The notes: a model not told the origin generated them from the sequence alone. A stretch of 64,000 nt of DNA from Octopus sinensis (GCF_006345805.1 NC_043014.1:8184001-8248000); one strand, 5' to 3'; positions 1 to 13,562 are shown, numbered from the stretch's first letter. Translations and numbers: made by a program.

Positions 1-18
1 ATAATAATAATAATAATA

Positions 19-431
19 AATGCCCTGATGCAGTACCAGACAGTGGCTTTAATGGCTCCTGATCTTAACTGATTGGAAGTGTTATCAAGTACATTGTTTT
101 GTCTTGGTATAAAAGTTGGGCTACAGCAAATATTCTGCTCAATACCACAGATTTGCTTGTCAGTTGTTTGACCTTAACCAGTTGAGCATGTCCCTTGGTG
201 GCTGACAATACGTGCATCTCTGATCACGAGCAGAAGTAGTGGGGGAGCATCATAGCCGTGTGTTGAAAGGAATTCTTAGAGGTTTGGATAATTCACCTTT
301 GGTGGTTCGTTCAACATCCTTAAACAATCCTTATTCAGGGACCTTTTGAGCGGGATGGGCTACTCGATCAAAGAAAATTCTAACTGGGCCCCACCTGCAA
401 GGTCATGCGCTGTTTATCTTGATATGAGATC
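19..431 (+). mobile_element. Non-coding interspersed repeat embedded in (AAT)n; probable R4/Dong-associated UTR or non-autonomous derivative
   Basis: Reverse-complement copy at 18341-18830 and a diverged SINE-interrupted copy at ~41200-41750; the first two copies are flanked by (AAT)n. Confidence 0.6.
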
Positions 432-591
432 AATAATAATAATAATAATAATAGTAAGCCTTTCTACTATAGGCACAAGGCCTGCATTTTATAGGGACGG
501 AGGATAGTCGATTACATCGACCCCTAGTGTGTAACTGGTACTTAATTTACCGACCCAGAAAGGATGAAAGGTAAAGTCGACCTCGGCAATA

Positions 592-1050
592 GCTTTTTAG
601 TTAGCCACAGGGCTAGTGATAAGAAGAACATCACAAAGACGGACAACAATTTGTGTGGGTATTTACATAAAGGATGGGGAGAAAGAAAATGGGAAAAAAC
701 TGTGAAATGCAATATAATTATACATAGTTCACAAAAGTATGTGAAGACATAAAAGAGGCAGAAATTCGAACTACGGTCAGTCAAGGAACCCCGCAGATCC
801 AGTATTATGCTGGCCACCAAATGTAAGAGCCCTTCGCCTCCTCTCCAATCTACAGGCGCATATTTAGATTAGGGTCGTTAATTTTCGCCATTTTTTTTTG
901 GCCACTCACCCATCTTTATTCAAATTCCCTAAGCGATAGCATTTCCCTATCCACCCTCGCTTTCCTTTCCTAGTGGAACTTTAAAAAGTCGATGAGAGCT
1001 TTTGCTTCCTTTGATGATGCTGTTGCAGTTGTCGGGGTTACAGGCTCTGC
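592..1050 (-). mobile_element. 3' fragment of a Tx1/L1-like LINE
   Basis: Minus-strand IDFLKFH*ERKARVDRE..RWVS resembles FHLKREVRLERK..RWVN near 25270-24950; shared ctacaggcgca and a similar gccac-agggc terminal motif. Confidence 0.55.
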
Positions 1051-1055
1051 TTCCA

Positions 1056-1618
1056 TATGTATGTATGTATATATGCATGTATGTATGCATGTATGTATGT
1101 ATGTATGTATGTATGTATGTATGTATGTATGTATGCATGTATGTATGTATGTATGCATGCATGTATGTATGCATGTATATATGTATGTATGTATGTATGC
1201 ATGTATGTATGTATGTATGTATGTATGCATGTATATATGTATGTATATATATATATGCATGTATGTATGTATGTATGTATGTATGCATGTATGTATGTAT
1301 GTATGTATATATCCATGTATGTATGTATACATGTACGTATGTATGTATTATGTATATATGTATGTATATATGCATGTACGTATGTATGTATATGTATGTA
1401 TGTATGTATGTATGTATATATATATGTATGTACGTATGTATGTATGTATGTATGTATGTATGTATGTATGTATGTATGTATGTATGTATGTATGTATGTA
1501 TGTATATATCCATGTATGTATGCATGTACGTATGTATGTATGTATGTATGTATATATGTATGTATATATGCATGTACGTATGTATGTATATATGCATGTA
1601 TGTATGTATGTATGTATG

Positions 1619-1652
<34 letters not shown>

Positions 1653-1680
1653 TGTATGTATGTATGTATGTATGTATGTA
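1056..1680. repeat. (ATGT)n microsatellite
   Basis: Direct reading; source of the spurious MYVC/HTYI ORFs. Confidence 0.97.
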
Positions 1681-1831
1681 TCCTACGAGCTTCTTTTACT
1701 TTCTGTCAACCAAACCCGAAGCAATAATAGAAGATATTTGTCAAAAGTGTCACGTAGTAGGACTGAACCCGAAGCCATGTGGTTGGGAAGAAATTTTCTT
1801 ACCACACAGACGCGCCTACGCCTATAATGAT

Positions 1832-1864
<33 letters not shown>

Positions 1865-2181
1865 AAGAAGAAGAAGAAGAAGAAGAAGAAGAAGAAGAAG
1901 AAGAAAGAAGAAAGAAGAAGAAGAATTCCTCTTAATTTCAGCACAAGGCCAGTAATTTCAAGGGGAATGGGACAAGTCGATTACATCGAGCCCAGTACCT
2001 CACTGTTACTTTATTTTATGAGAGCCTAAAAGATGAAAGGCAAAAGCAGAATTTGAATTGAGAATGTAGAATCTTGGTTAATTACTGCAACGCATTACTG
2101 TGGAGAGACGTGAACTTAGAACTCACAGAGATGTAACTGAACACCGGAAACTATTTTATCCGGTATTTTATAGTTTACACC

Positions 2182-2596
2182 TATTTCTTTATTACCCACA
2201 AGGGGCTAAACACAGAGAGGACAAACAAGGACAGACAAACGGATTAAGTGGATTATATCGACCCCAGTGCGTAACTGGTACTAAATTTATCGACTCCGAA
2301 AGGATGAAAGGCAAAGTCGACCTCAGCGGAATTTGAACTCAGAACGTAGCGGCAGACGAAATACCTATTTCTTTACTACCTACAAGGGGCTAACCACAGA
2401 AGGGACAAACAAGGGCAGACATTGGTATTAAGTCGATTACATCGACCCAGTGCGTAACTGGTACTTATTTAATCGACCCCGAAAGGATGAAAGGCAAAGT
2501 CGACCTCGGCGGAATTTGAACTCAGAACGTAACGGCAGACAAAATACCGCAAAGCATTTCGCCCGGTGTGCTAACGATTCTGCCAGCTCGCCGTCT
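2182..2596 (-). mobile_element. SINE family A (tRNA head, MetaSINE-like body), head plus 2 units, with TSD
   Basis: ggcgagctggcagaa...gagttcaaattcc (A/B boxes), gcctttcatcctttcggggtcgat body; TSD ttttatagttta(c/t)acc at 2166-2181 and 2597-2612. Confidence 0.9.
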
Positions 2597-3293
2597 TTTT
2601 ATAGTTTATACCATTAGCATTTGTAACAGGAGTTTCTGAACTGAAGTCCACAAATGAAATACTGGGGGTGTGTGATTTCTATTTTAGTTTTAAAGGCTGT
2701 AATTTTATACAACTATTCAGTTAAAATTAGCTTTCATTTAAAGTGCAGACTAGAGGAAACGTGTTTGTCGTTAGTTAGTAAAATTAGTTTATTGAGAAAA
2801 GAGATTTTTTTAGAATCCTAGACACGTGGGAATATTCGTTTACATATAAAGGACTGCTGTTAGCAAAAATGAAAAACTCTGTTTTGTAACAATAAAGATT
2901 TTACGAATAAAGAGGTTATTATTTTCCGTAAATAAAGTTGTTGGTTATATAAACACGGTGAATGGCATGTATTTCATTGCCTTTGGAACAATGAAAAACA
3001 AACATGACTGTGGGTAGATGATTTATGATTTTGTTTTAAAGGCTGTGGTTTTATACAGCTATTCAGTTAAAATTAGCTTTCATTTAAAGTGCAGAATAGA
3101 GAAAACGAGTTTGCTGTTAGTTAATAAAATTAATGGCTGGACGATTTCAATACAGAAAGGAGTCTCACAACTTGAAAATGTAAAAATGTAAAAAAGACTT
3201 AGAAAGGTTGTGGGGGAAGGGTCTTCAAGCACTTCTTCCATAGGATCTAATCACAAGTGTGTGTGTGTGCGTGCGTGTGTGTGTGTGTGTACA

Positions 3294-3677
3294 TGCGGCT
3301 GTGTGGTAAGTAGCTTGTTTACCAACCACATGGTTTCGGGTTCAGTCACACTGCGTAGTACCTTAGGCAAGTGTCTTCTACTATGGCCTCGACCCGACCA
3401 AAGCCTTGTGAGTGGATTTGGTGGACGGAAACCTAAAGAAACCCGTCGTACATATGTGTGTGTTTGTGCATCTGCGTTTGTCCCCCCCCCCATCATCGCT
3501 TGACAACCGATGTTGGTGTGTTTACGTCCCCGTAACTTAGTGGTTCGACAAAAGAGCCCGATAGAATAAGTACTAGGCTTACAAAGAATAAGTCCTGGGG
3601 TCGATTTGTTCGAATAAAGGCGGTGCTCCTGCGTGGCCGCGGTCAAATGATTAACACAAATGAAAGAATAAAAGAAT
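3294..3677 (+). mobile_element. SINE family B (tRNA head, CORE-like accttRggcaagt, internal TG/TA tract)
   Basis: Multi-copy: also ~9920-10605, 15903-16300, 16320-16710, 28083-28482, 31730-32215, 35470-35835, 39610-40014, 62530-62830. Confidence 0.88.
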
Positions 3678-3909
3678 ATATATACTGAGTGTTCGGATAA
3701 ACTTGATAATCATTGTCTCCTTTTTTTCAGAAACAGCTAGATGCATTGGCGAACAGTCAATGTTGTAGTTAAGAAAAAGGCCGGCTTTACCCTTCATCCT
3801 TAAGGGATCAATAAAAATAAGTACCAGTTAAGAACTGGAGTCGATGTAATAGACTGTCCCCTCACATAAAATTTCAGGCCTTGTACCTATAGTAGAAAGG
3901 ATTGGCGGA

Positions 3910-4140
3910 AGGCGGCGAGCTGGCAGAAACGTTAGCATGCCGGGTGAAATGCTTAGCAGTATTTCGTCTGCCGTTACGTTCTGAGTTCAAATTCCGCCGA
4001 GGTCGACTTTGCCTTTCATCCTTTCGGGGTCGGTTAAATAAGTACCAGTTACGCACTGGGGTCGATATAATCGACTTAATCCGTTTGTCTGTCCTTGTTT
4101 GACCCCTCTCTGTGTAGCCCCTTGTGGGCAATAAAGAAAT
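3910..4140 (+). mobile_element. SINE family A single copy
   Basis: Head-to-tail match to other copies; TSD agaaRggattggcgg. Confidence 0.88.
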
Positions 4141-4822
4141 AAGAAGGGATTGGCGGCAAGATGGCAGAATCGTTAGCGCGCTGGACGAAATTCTTAGCGG
4201 TATTTCGCCTATCGCTACGTTCTGAGTTCAAATTCCGCCGAGGTCGACTTTGCCTTTCATCCTTTCGGGGTCGATAGTACCTCCAAAATTGCTGCCCTTG
4301 TGGAAAAATTTGAAACCATTATTATAATTATTAAGGCGGCTAGCTGGTAGAATTGTGAGCACGCTTGGCAAAATGCTTATCAGCATTTCATCAGTCTTTA
4401 CGTTCTTCAAAGACAGACATTTGAAGAGGTGTACGAAAATGTTGAAAATTTTATGCTGACCAACAGAAAATTGTTGGCTCTGCATTTATAAAGCAATGAG
4501 TGCTGTTTTCGTTCTGCTTTACTCAATCAGAAATCGAGATATATTACGGATATGCATATAGACACACAAGTATACAAATATAAACATATGCGGGCGCACA
4601 TGCATGTCAGTGCGTGTGTGTGTGTGTGTAATTGCGCGTGTGTATTCGTCATTGAGGAGAGCAAACCTGATCAAAAGACCATGTCCAAAGATTCAGCAAT
4701 ACTCTAGGCGAAGCCCTGAGTTCCTTAATCTTCATGTGTCTATGAAGTTTCGAAGAGACAAAACATTAGAGCTAGAAACGTTGCACACACCAAAATAGAC
4801 AGATAGATAGATAGTTAGATAG

Positions 4823-4877
<55 letters not shown>

Positions 4878-4921
4878 TATATATATATATATATATATAT
4901 GCGTGTGTGTATATATATATA

Positions 4922-6547
4922 CAGTTGCGGCCAAAATGTTCAGAACGGTATTGTTTTCGTCAGAAAAGTAGGTATAAGTTTTTATCAAAGTTGTTTTATA
5001 TTCTATAATTTTCACAGACAATAAATACGATATTATTTGTTATTGTCTGATATCTTGGTGTAATTTGAGAGGAAAATACAAAAATTATGGATGATTTAGT
5101 GATTTACTGCAAAACCCATGGCGGCCAAAAGGATCAGAACGGTTGCTTTTACTCCGTGTTTTAGTATATTTAACTGGCGAACTCTAATGTTTTGAATTTT
5201 TTTACGTGACGGTTCGTTTACTAAACATTAGTAAGAATATCTGCAGTGTACTTTGTTAATATAATGCCACTTACTCCGTTACCAATTCGTCAGCATATTA
5301 TTAAGCTTCGAAAGAAGGATAATTTAAGTATTGGGTCTATTGCAAAGATTGTTAACAAGTCAAAAAGTGTTGTTCACGGTATTCTTAAGGTCTAAAATGA
5401 TTGTGGTTCGTGTGAAGCAAGAAAGTCTACAGGTAGGCCAAGAAAAACGACCAAGAGAGATCGTGCTATGGTAAAGTTGGTTAAAAAGGACAGATTTAAA
5501 ACTGCTGCTGCTGTTTCTCAGGAAATGAGCATTGTATTGAAGAAAACTTTATCCCGAAAAACTGTGTCTCGTCGTTTAGTTGAACATGACCTACAAGCAA
5601 GAGCACCTGCAGTGAAGCCACTGATCAGCTCCAAAAATAAAAAGTGTCGTCTTACCTTTGCAACCGAACATGTGTTGTGGTCTCAAGAAAAATGGCAAAC
5701 GGTGCTTTTCAGTGATGAATCTAAGTTTATGTTATTTGGCTCAGATGAGAAAAGGTACGTTCGTAGAAAAGTAGGTGAAAAATTGTCACCTAAATGCCTT
5801 AAAACTAGTGTTAAATTCGGTGGAGGAAGTGTCATGGTTTGGGGGATGATATCTGGAGATGGTATGGGCCCTTTGTTGCGATTACATAGAAAGGTAAATG
5901 CAGGAGTTTATAAACAACTTGTAAAAGATCATGTCTTGCCTGTGCTGAGAAATTCAACTAAGCGACCACCCATATTCACGCAGGACAATGCCCCATGTCA
6001 CAAGGCTAAGGCAGTCATGAACTTCCTAAAGGCTGAAAAGGTTATTGTTATGGATTGGCCTGCTCAAAGCCCAGATCTCAATCCTATTGAAAATGTGTGG
6101 AATATTCTAGGAGAACGTTCGAAAGCCAGAAATCCTAAAACAACCGAGCAATTATGGAAAGCCCTTCAGGAAGAATGGAATAAGATCACCCAGCAAGAAA
6201 TTGAAAATTTAATTTCCTCATGCAGTCGAAGATGTCAAAGTGTGATTGAAGCTAAAGGACTTCACACTAAATATTAAATAATTCCAGTATTCTCTGTCAT
6301 TTTTGATTATTTTGTTATTTTTTCAACCGTTCTGATCATTTTGGCCGCCATGGGTTTTGTAGTAAATCACTAAATCATCCATAACTTTTATATTATCCTC
6401 TCAAATTACACTAAAATCTCAGACAATAACAAATAATATTGTATTTATTGTCTGTGAAAATTATAGAATATAAAACAACTTTGATAAAAACTTATACCTA
6501 CTTTTCTGACGAAAACAATACCGTTCTGAACATTTTGGCCGCAATTG
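4922..6547 (+). mobile_element. Full-length Tc1-family (DD34E) transposon, IR/DR type
   Basis: TA at 4920-21 and 6548-49; ~220-bp TIRs starting CAGTTGCGGCCAAAATGTTCAGAACGGT, with an inner direct repeat gcggccaaaaggatcagaacggt. Confidence 0.97.
5264..6277 (+). pseudogene. Tc1 transposase, 337 codons with one premature TAA (5393-5395)
   Basis: MPLTPL..GRPRK..FSDESK..QDNAPCH-(34 aa)-SPDLNPIE; ATG at 5264 is in frame with ORF 5468-6277. Confidence 0.93.
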
Positions 6548-7419
6548 TATATTCACCTACGAAATCATGATTTGAAGTAAAGCAAAGTAGTCGTTTGTAT
6601 ATAAGTACAAAATGTTACGTAAGTACTTACCTCATTTTGTTTTTCGAGAGTGGAAGGAAAACAATCTATCTCAGAAAAAATAAATCTGATATTTAACTCA
6701 ATTTATGTAACGTGCTTATATATATATAACTGTGTGTGTATGCATATATACGGGAAAGAAAATATATAGATATGAAAAAATGTTTGTATATTCAAATACA
6801 AACACATAAATACATTCACATATAAATGTGTATATACATATATATATATCAATTTGGGCGTTACCCAGGAGTATATTATCTATGTGTGCATATATATAAA
6901 TCAATCAATTCGCACACATTCATATATACACATATAATTATTCACACACTCGCTCACGCCAATTTGGTGGGAAATTTTCACTTACTACCGGTCACGTTTT
7001 TCAGTCGGTGTAGATTCTTTAAATATCATGAGAAGTAAACATTATTTATTTGTAACCATATCGACAGACACGTGCACGTATGTAGGTCCATATGTATACA
7101 GACTATCTTCAGAGCCATACCTGGATACATATGGGTATATCACTTTGATATATACGCACATACAAGCATACACATGTATTTGATCATACATGCATACAAA
7201 ATGTTGTGCATACACGTACGCATCATACACATAGCTGAACAGGTGACTGATACCGTTGTCTTAGATATGTCTCTGTGTCACTCAATCAAAAATCTATCAA
7301 CGCAAAATCCTAAAATTGTTTACTCCCATACCACTACACAATTAAAGAACTCAGGAAAAAGTCGTCAACTTCAGACAAACACAACAGTGACCACGAGCCT
7401 TATGAAATAGTATAAAGTA

Positions 7420-8330
7420 CAGGGTGTCCATAAAGTCTCTTTACAATTTAAAAAAATTATTACAAAGGCAGTTGATGAGATATTTTAACCAGATTTGTTT
7501 TATTTTAATAATTGTTTATTAAAGTTTTTATTGATATTAAATTTTTGTGTTTCAGATACTCTGTTGATGGAAGGGATCCCTATAAAATGAGGATGAAGCA
7601 TTCCTCAAGCGAGTTTGTTTTAGTGACGAGGCGACTTTTCATGTTTCAGGAAAATTAATCAGACACAATGTGAGAATCTGGGGATCAGAACACCCCCACA
7701 TGACTAGGGAGCTTCAACAGGATAGTCCAAAAGTGAATGTGTGGTGTGGAATCATGTGCAATCGAATAATTGGTCCATTTTTCTTCAACGAGGCAACAAT
7801 TACTGCAGATGTTTACCTCGACCTTCTGACCGAATATGTGGCACCACAACTGATTGATTTACAACCAGCCATCATTTTCCAGCAAGATGATGCACCATCA
7901 CATTGGGGACGGCATGTTCGTCAGTTCCTCAATCAAACATTTCCTGACCGATGGATTTGAAAGGTCGGGCCATTTCCATGGCCATCGCGTTTGCCAGATA
8001 TCACTCCCTTGGACTTCTTTTTATGGTGTTATGTAAAAGATATCGGGTATCAAACAAAGATACAGGACATTGCTGACTTGGAGCAAAGGATTCGTAATGC
8101 CATTGCCACCGTTGATGAGGCTATCCTACAGCGAACATGGCAAGACATCGAGGACCGTCTTGATGTGCGTCATGCAACTAATGGTGCCCATATTGAGGTC
8201 TATTAAATAACAGTTTTTAAAAAAACTTTAATAAACAATTATTACAATAAAACAAATCTGGTTAAGATATCTTGTCAACTGCCTTTGTAATAAAATTTTT
8301 AAATTGTAAAGAGACTTTATGGACACCCTG
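7420..8330 (+). mobile_element. Internally deleted DD41D (rosa/Visitor-type) Tc1/mariner element
   Basis: ~110-bp TIRs CAGGGTGTCCATAAAGTCTC, TA on the left; FSDEA..QQD-(41 aa)-PDITPLD with an in-frame TGA at 7958; N-terminus missing. Confidence 0.9.
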
Positions 8331-9211
8331 TGGTTTAATTGGTAGAGCAGTGCACAACCTGGTTTACCTTGTGTTGAGGTTCGGTATTCATTCATTGCCA
8401 GTTCGGTCATTTATTTTTCCTGAGTTTGATAAAATAAACTATCATTTTTCTACTGCCTCTCTATCTCTCAGACATACACACATACACACACACACTTTCA
8501 AGCCGTCTTACTCTTTCTTTCCTTAATAGCGGGACCCGTGAATGTTTCACGGAATTAATGATAAACTTATTGGGTTATTTCTGTAACTTGATCCAAAAAA
8601 CCTGAAATCGCAGACTGTGTTGTGTTTGTATCAAAATATAATCACTCATCTACTATTTATTGAAGAGTGAAAGAAACTGGAATACGATGATTACTTATTT
8701 ATACACAATTTTATAGATTTAACACGCAGCACTCATAACATAAATATTCACTCTTATTTTTCTATTTATCCTATAAACAAAATAAACAACCCGTACATAT
8801 GATACAACCTTTGATTTGCCACGTAAATAAGTGTGTATATTTCACGGAATTGCACTTATGCACATGCATTAAGTGATAGGTGATATTAAAAAACTTGTTC
8901 CAATTTAAAAGAAATAAACTTTTCACTATTCAAAAACTACCTCCACCACCACCAGCACATTCATTTCTCTCTCCCTCTTCTCTTTCTCTATCTATCTATC
9001 TATCTATATCTATCTATCTATCTATCTATCGCTCTGTCTGCTTTTCTTTAACTTCACCATCAGAACATCACCCCTCTGCTAAAATTATATTTTTAAATCA
9101 CTTCCTCTCTAACGCTACTTTCAACTAACTTTTTTACCACGTAATAAATATTACGTCTCTCTACCATACGTCATAGATGCTTCTCTTTTCCTCTTTTTCT
9201 TTCTTCTGCTT

Positions 9212-9242
<31 letters not shown>

Positions 9243-10658
9243 CTCCTTTCTGTCTTATACTTCGTCTTATCCTCTTTTTCTCTCTCCTTTTCCTTTCTCA
9301 TCATTTTCCCTTCGACTATTCACGTGAAATCTTTACAATTACATTCCCTCTACCTCATGACATGGATGCTTCTCTCCCTCTTTTTCTCTCTCCCTCTTTT
9401 TCTCTCTCCCTCTTTTCTTCTCTCCTTTCCTTTTTCCCTCCTTTTCTCTAAATACGTGACGGCCTTACCGACGGGCTAAGTAACGTAATGACGAGCAGAA
9501 TTATTATTGCAGCCTTACTCCTTGTGCTCTCTCTTTCTCTCTGCCTTTTTCTCCCCCTCTCTCTCTCTCGCTCCTCTCATTATCTCTCTTTCTCTCTCTC
9601 CCTCCCTTTCGTTCGCTCTCTTTCTTTCTCTCCCTCCCTTCCTCTTCTTCTTCTTCTCCTCATTTTTTCCTTCATCTTTTTCTTCTTTCACACAAAAAAT
9701 ATGGCAAATATATCATTGCTTCCCCAATCGATTAAGAGAGCAAATTGGTTGAGTTTTTTTATCGTCAACTAAAAGCGTTTTGCGATACTTCACACGATTT
9801 TCTGCACTAAGAGTGCAAATCTCACTGAAATCAACTTTGCCTTTCATCCATTCGAGATCGATAAATATAAAAGAAATGCAATAGTGCGACAACAATGTCA
9901 TCATTCTGGGTTTGTTCTCTCTTACTCTTTTACTCTTTTACTTGTTTCAGTCATTTGACTGTGGCCATGCTGGAGCACCGCCTTTAGTCGAGCAAATCGA
10001 CCCCAGGACTTATTGTATCGGTCGCTTTTGCCGAACCGCTAAGTTACGGGAATCCTGGAATCGAAATGCTTAGCAGTATTTCGTCCGCCGTTACGTTCTG
10101 AGTTCAAATTCCGCCGAGGTCGACTTTGCCTTTCATCCTTTCGGAGTCGACAAATTAAGTACCAGTGTCGATATAATCGATTTAATCCGTTTGTCTGTCC
10201 TTGTTTGTCCCCTCTGTGTTTAGCCTTTTGTGGGCAATAAAGAAATAAGGAGCTTGCTTCCCAGTCACATGGTTCCGGGTTCAGTCCCACGCGGCACCTT
10301 GGGCAAATGTCTTCTACTTTAGCCTCGGACCGACCAAAGCCTTGTGAGACGGAAACTGAAAGAAGCCCGTCGAATATATGTGTGTGGGAGTGTGCGTGTG
10401 TGTGCTTGTGTTTTTCCCCTCACCATCGCTTGACAACCGATACTGTTATGTTTACGTCCCCGTAAATTAGCGGTTCGGCAAAAGCGACCGATAGAATAAG
10501 TACTAGGCTTACAAAGAATAAGTCCTAGGGTTAATTTGTTCGATTAAAGGTGTTGTTCCAGCATGGCCGCAGTCAAATGACTGAAACAAGGAAAAGAATA
10601 AAAGAATACATACATACATACATACATACATACATACATACATACATACATACATACA

Positions 10659-11613
10659 TGATGGCTGCCCCCTCGTTATCGAGTATGGTCATTGCACGAA
10701 GCTTAACTGTTATTGGTGCTGTGATCGAACGTGACTTTTTAGCACAGCTAAAGATCTACAATATCTTGTACAGAATTGGCAACTAAAACCTTTACTGGTA
10801 ATAGCCGGCTGTAGTTGTAACTGGGCTTCATGTACCTTTGCATGTCGTTTAAGTCCTCCTGCCGAATTACACTCTCTTCCACATGCCCGACAGATATGAT
10901 TAGTATGGTGTGTAACACCACCACCAGTGGCCAGGTTGTCACTCATCTGTCTCGTTTTATGACTACGAAGATGACTCATGAGTCCAGCTTTACTGAGGCA
11001 GGGTCTTGCACAGACATTGCATGTCAGAATCAAAGGAAGACCCTTCCCTTCTGGAAGTGTAACAGCGATGCCCTTCCTGATATCCCTCCTTACTTTCTCA
11101 TGTGCAACTCGAGATTTCTCAAACGTGGCTGTCCCCTCATGCACAATCCTTCTCCACCTGTTACGATCAATAGCTATGCCTTCCTATGTGTCAGGAGAGA
11201 TGCAAGCATCTTTTAAGGAAGCCTTCAGCAAGTCCTTATACCTCTTTTTTGGTTTATGTGGAGGTCGTTCTCCTTTAGCTAACTATCCACAAAAGAGTTG
11301 TTTTGGCATCCTTGAATCCTTCATTCTGACCAGCTGACCACTTCATCTGAGCCTTTGCTTTAACACAAGAGCTTCTATACTTTCACACCGAGAGCCTTCG
11401 AGTATTTCAAGATCACTGATGCGGTCCTTCCACTTAATGCCATAGATCCGTCTGAGGCACATCTGATGGAAACGTTCCAGTTGTTTAAGGTGGTATCGAT
11501 ATGTGACCCACGTCTCGCAGGCATAGAGAAGAGAAGGGAGTACACATGCCTTGTACACCTTTATCTTTGTCTCCAGAGACGCTTTTCTAGCCTTCCGAAA
11601 GCAACACTTGCAA
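10659..11613 (-). mobile_element. 5'-truncated RTE-clade LINE with three C-terminal C2H2 zinc fingers
   Basis: KIKVYKACVLPSLLYACETW..LERFHQMCLRRI (RTE signature); CxxC..HxxxH-type motif three times in ORF 10710-11144; flanked by (TACA)n. Confidence 0.9.
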
Positions 11614-11780
11614 CACATACATACATACATACATACATACATACATACATACATACATACATACATACATACATACATACACACATACACACACACATAC
11701 ATACATGCATACATACATACATACATACATAATACATACATACATACATACATACATACATACATACATACATACATACA

Positions 11781-12340
11781 TGGTGGCTGCTCCCTCGTTA
11801 TCGAGTATGGCCATTGCACGAAGCTTAATCAATGTTGTTATCGTGCAATGCCTGTGCAAGAAGATTTTTTTTTAAGTGGGGAAAGGCTGTGCACTGAGTC
11901 AATCCCGCTCACTAAGCAACGGCAGCCATAATCCGAAAAGAAGAACAAGTCAACATCATTGGTAACCACTGAGCCGCAGGTTTTATATCGGAGTTATCCC
12001 AGTTACCTGAGTTACCTTCTCCTAGAAGGATGCCCTAACAAAGGCTAGGAGTCCTTCACTCCCAATGGTTTAACTGTGCGATCGGGTATTCAGTCCGATT
12101 ATTTCTATGTCCCCGCGCATGATACAGCCTTAAGACATTTATTGGATGGCCGTTGACTCTCAAGAGTTCCTCCGCCCTTTCACGGGTTTTGTTTTTCATC
12201 CCGCAGGGTGTCCAATAAACACCCTCCTCACCAAGCAAGCTTGGTGGGGTTGCCGGTTTAGTCGCCGACGACCCGACCATGCAACAGGTTGTACTGGGTT
12301 ACATATTACCAGTAGCACTCAAAAGTGATCTGACACTAAC
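11781..12340 (-). mobile_element. Non-autonomous bipartite RTE derivative (5' UTR-like part plus 3' tail)
   Basis: 3' ~48 nt nearly identical to the end of the adjacent RTE; gggcatccttctaggagaaggtaactc RTE 5'-UTR-type motif; no RT ORF. Confidence 0.72.
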
Positions 12341-12361
12341 ATACATACATACATACATACA

Positions 12362-12392
<31 letters not shown>

Positions 12393-12769
12393 GCATGTTT
12401 ATATATCATTGTGTAAAAACCAGTATAACTGGAAAACAACCATGAGAATGCCGATGAACGACTAGTTTTGGATTAACTTTAATTTTTTTTTATTTGTTAA
12501 AACACAACAAAATGAAAAAGATATCGATGAATTTTCAAGTGCTCACGTCATCAAACATTGAATGACATAGTTAAGAGAAAGTTTAAAGAAGAGCATTGCA
12601 GAATCAAGAAGTCAAATGGACAAAGAGAAGAGTTAAGAGAGATGTTATTAAACAGTGATTTGCAACTTAAGGGAGACTGCATATTCTAAGGTTATGTCGT
12701 CATATTACGTATGAACAGTGTTGAAAGAAATTAGATATGAACGAAGATTTACAATAAAGAAGTCCTTAA

Positions 12770-12989
12770 CCCTTTAGTGTTTAAACCGGCCATATCTGGC
12801 CCAGATATTCTACATGTTTTATATTCAAACTGGCGATATCTAGCCTCTCACACCTAACCTGCATTGACATTCTAAAAATAAACAATCACATCATTGAATT
12901 GTCAAAGCTATAAGATAATGCATGATTAATTCAAAACAATTTGAGTGAAAAAGTATTACATTTAACAGAGTAATCTGAACACTAAAGGG
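12770..12989. mobile_element. piggyBac-type MITE
   Basis: TTAA on both sides; TIR CCCTTTAGTGTT / AACACTAAAGGG. Confidence 0.88.
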
Positions 12990-13497
12990 TTAATAGTCCT
13001 TAATTTTAAAAGCTAAACGATAAAAAGGGTCAAAGGTTCAATTGAACAAAAGATTTCTGTCACTAGTAAAAATGCGTTTTGGTTGATAGGAAGAGCTGGG
13101 CTAGTCTGACGAAAGCACATTCTGTCAATTTTTCAAAATCAAGGTTTATATGTATATGACTTAGCAAAACTTAAACTTTGGAACCGAATTACTTGTAAAA
13201 ACAGTTAAAGGTGAAGCGATCGGAGTTATGTTAGGAATATGCAATTTGAGCTACAGGAAGATCTTAGTTTTGTGGGGCCAAAACGCAGTCAGATACTAAA
13301 AAGTGTCTATTATTCATTTATTTTTTATGTAAGAACTGATAAGAACAATCTTTTTCAAGAAGATAAAACCCCGTGTCATACAAGCAAGATACGATAAACT
13401 CGGAAGAGAACTCATCGAATCATATCTCCGAGATGATTGGTTAAAGCTCCAATCTTAACCCAATGCAACTTTTGTTGTATCGCACGTCCGACGTACG

Positions 13498-13562
<65 letters not shown>

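Noticed and set aside
19-90. Ribozyme at the start of the AAT-embedded repeat (ctgatgc)
   Set aside because: The core does not fit a hammerhead and no HDV-like fold could be built by eye
947-2029. Long ORFs such as MYVC/HTYI repeats, and poly-F/L/S/I/M or CV ORFs elsewhere
   Set aside because: Stop-free translations of microsatellites, not genes
3874-4131. Recurrent short ORFs (RNWYLFNRPRKDERQSRPRR, AETLARRAKC)
   Set aside because: Incidental frames of the non-coding SINE A
8524-8553. Hairpin ccgtgaa/ttcacgg as a Helitron 3' end
   Set aside because: The terminus reads CTAT rather than CTRR and no matching 5' end was found
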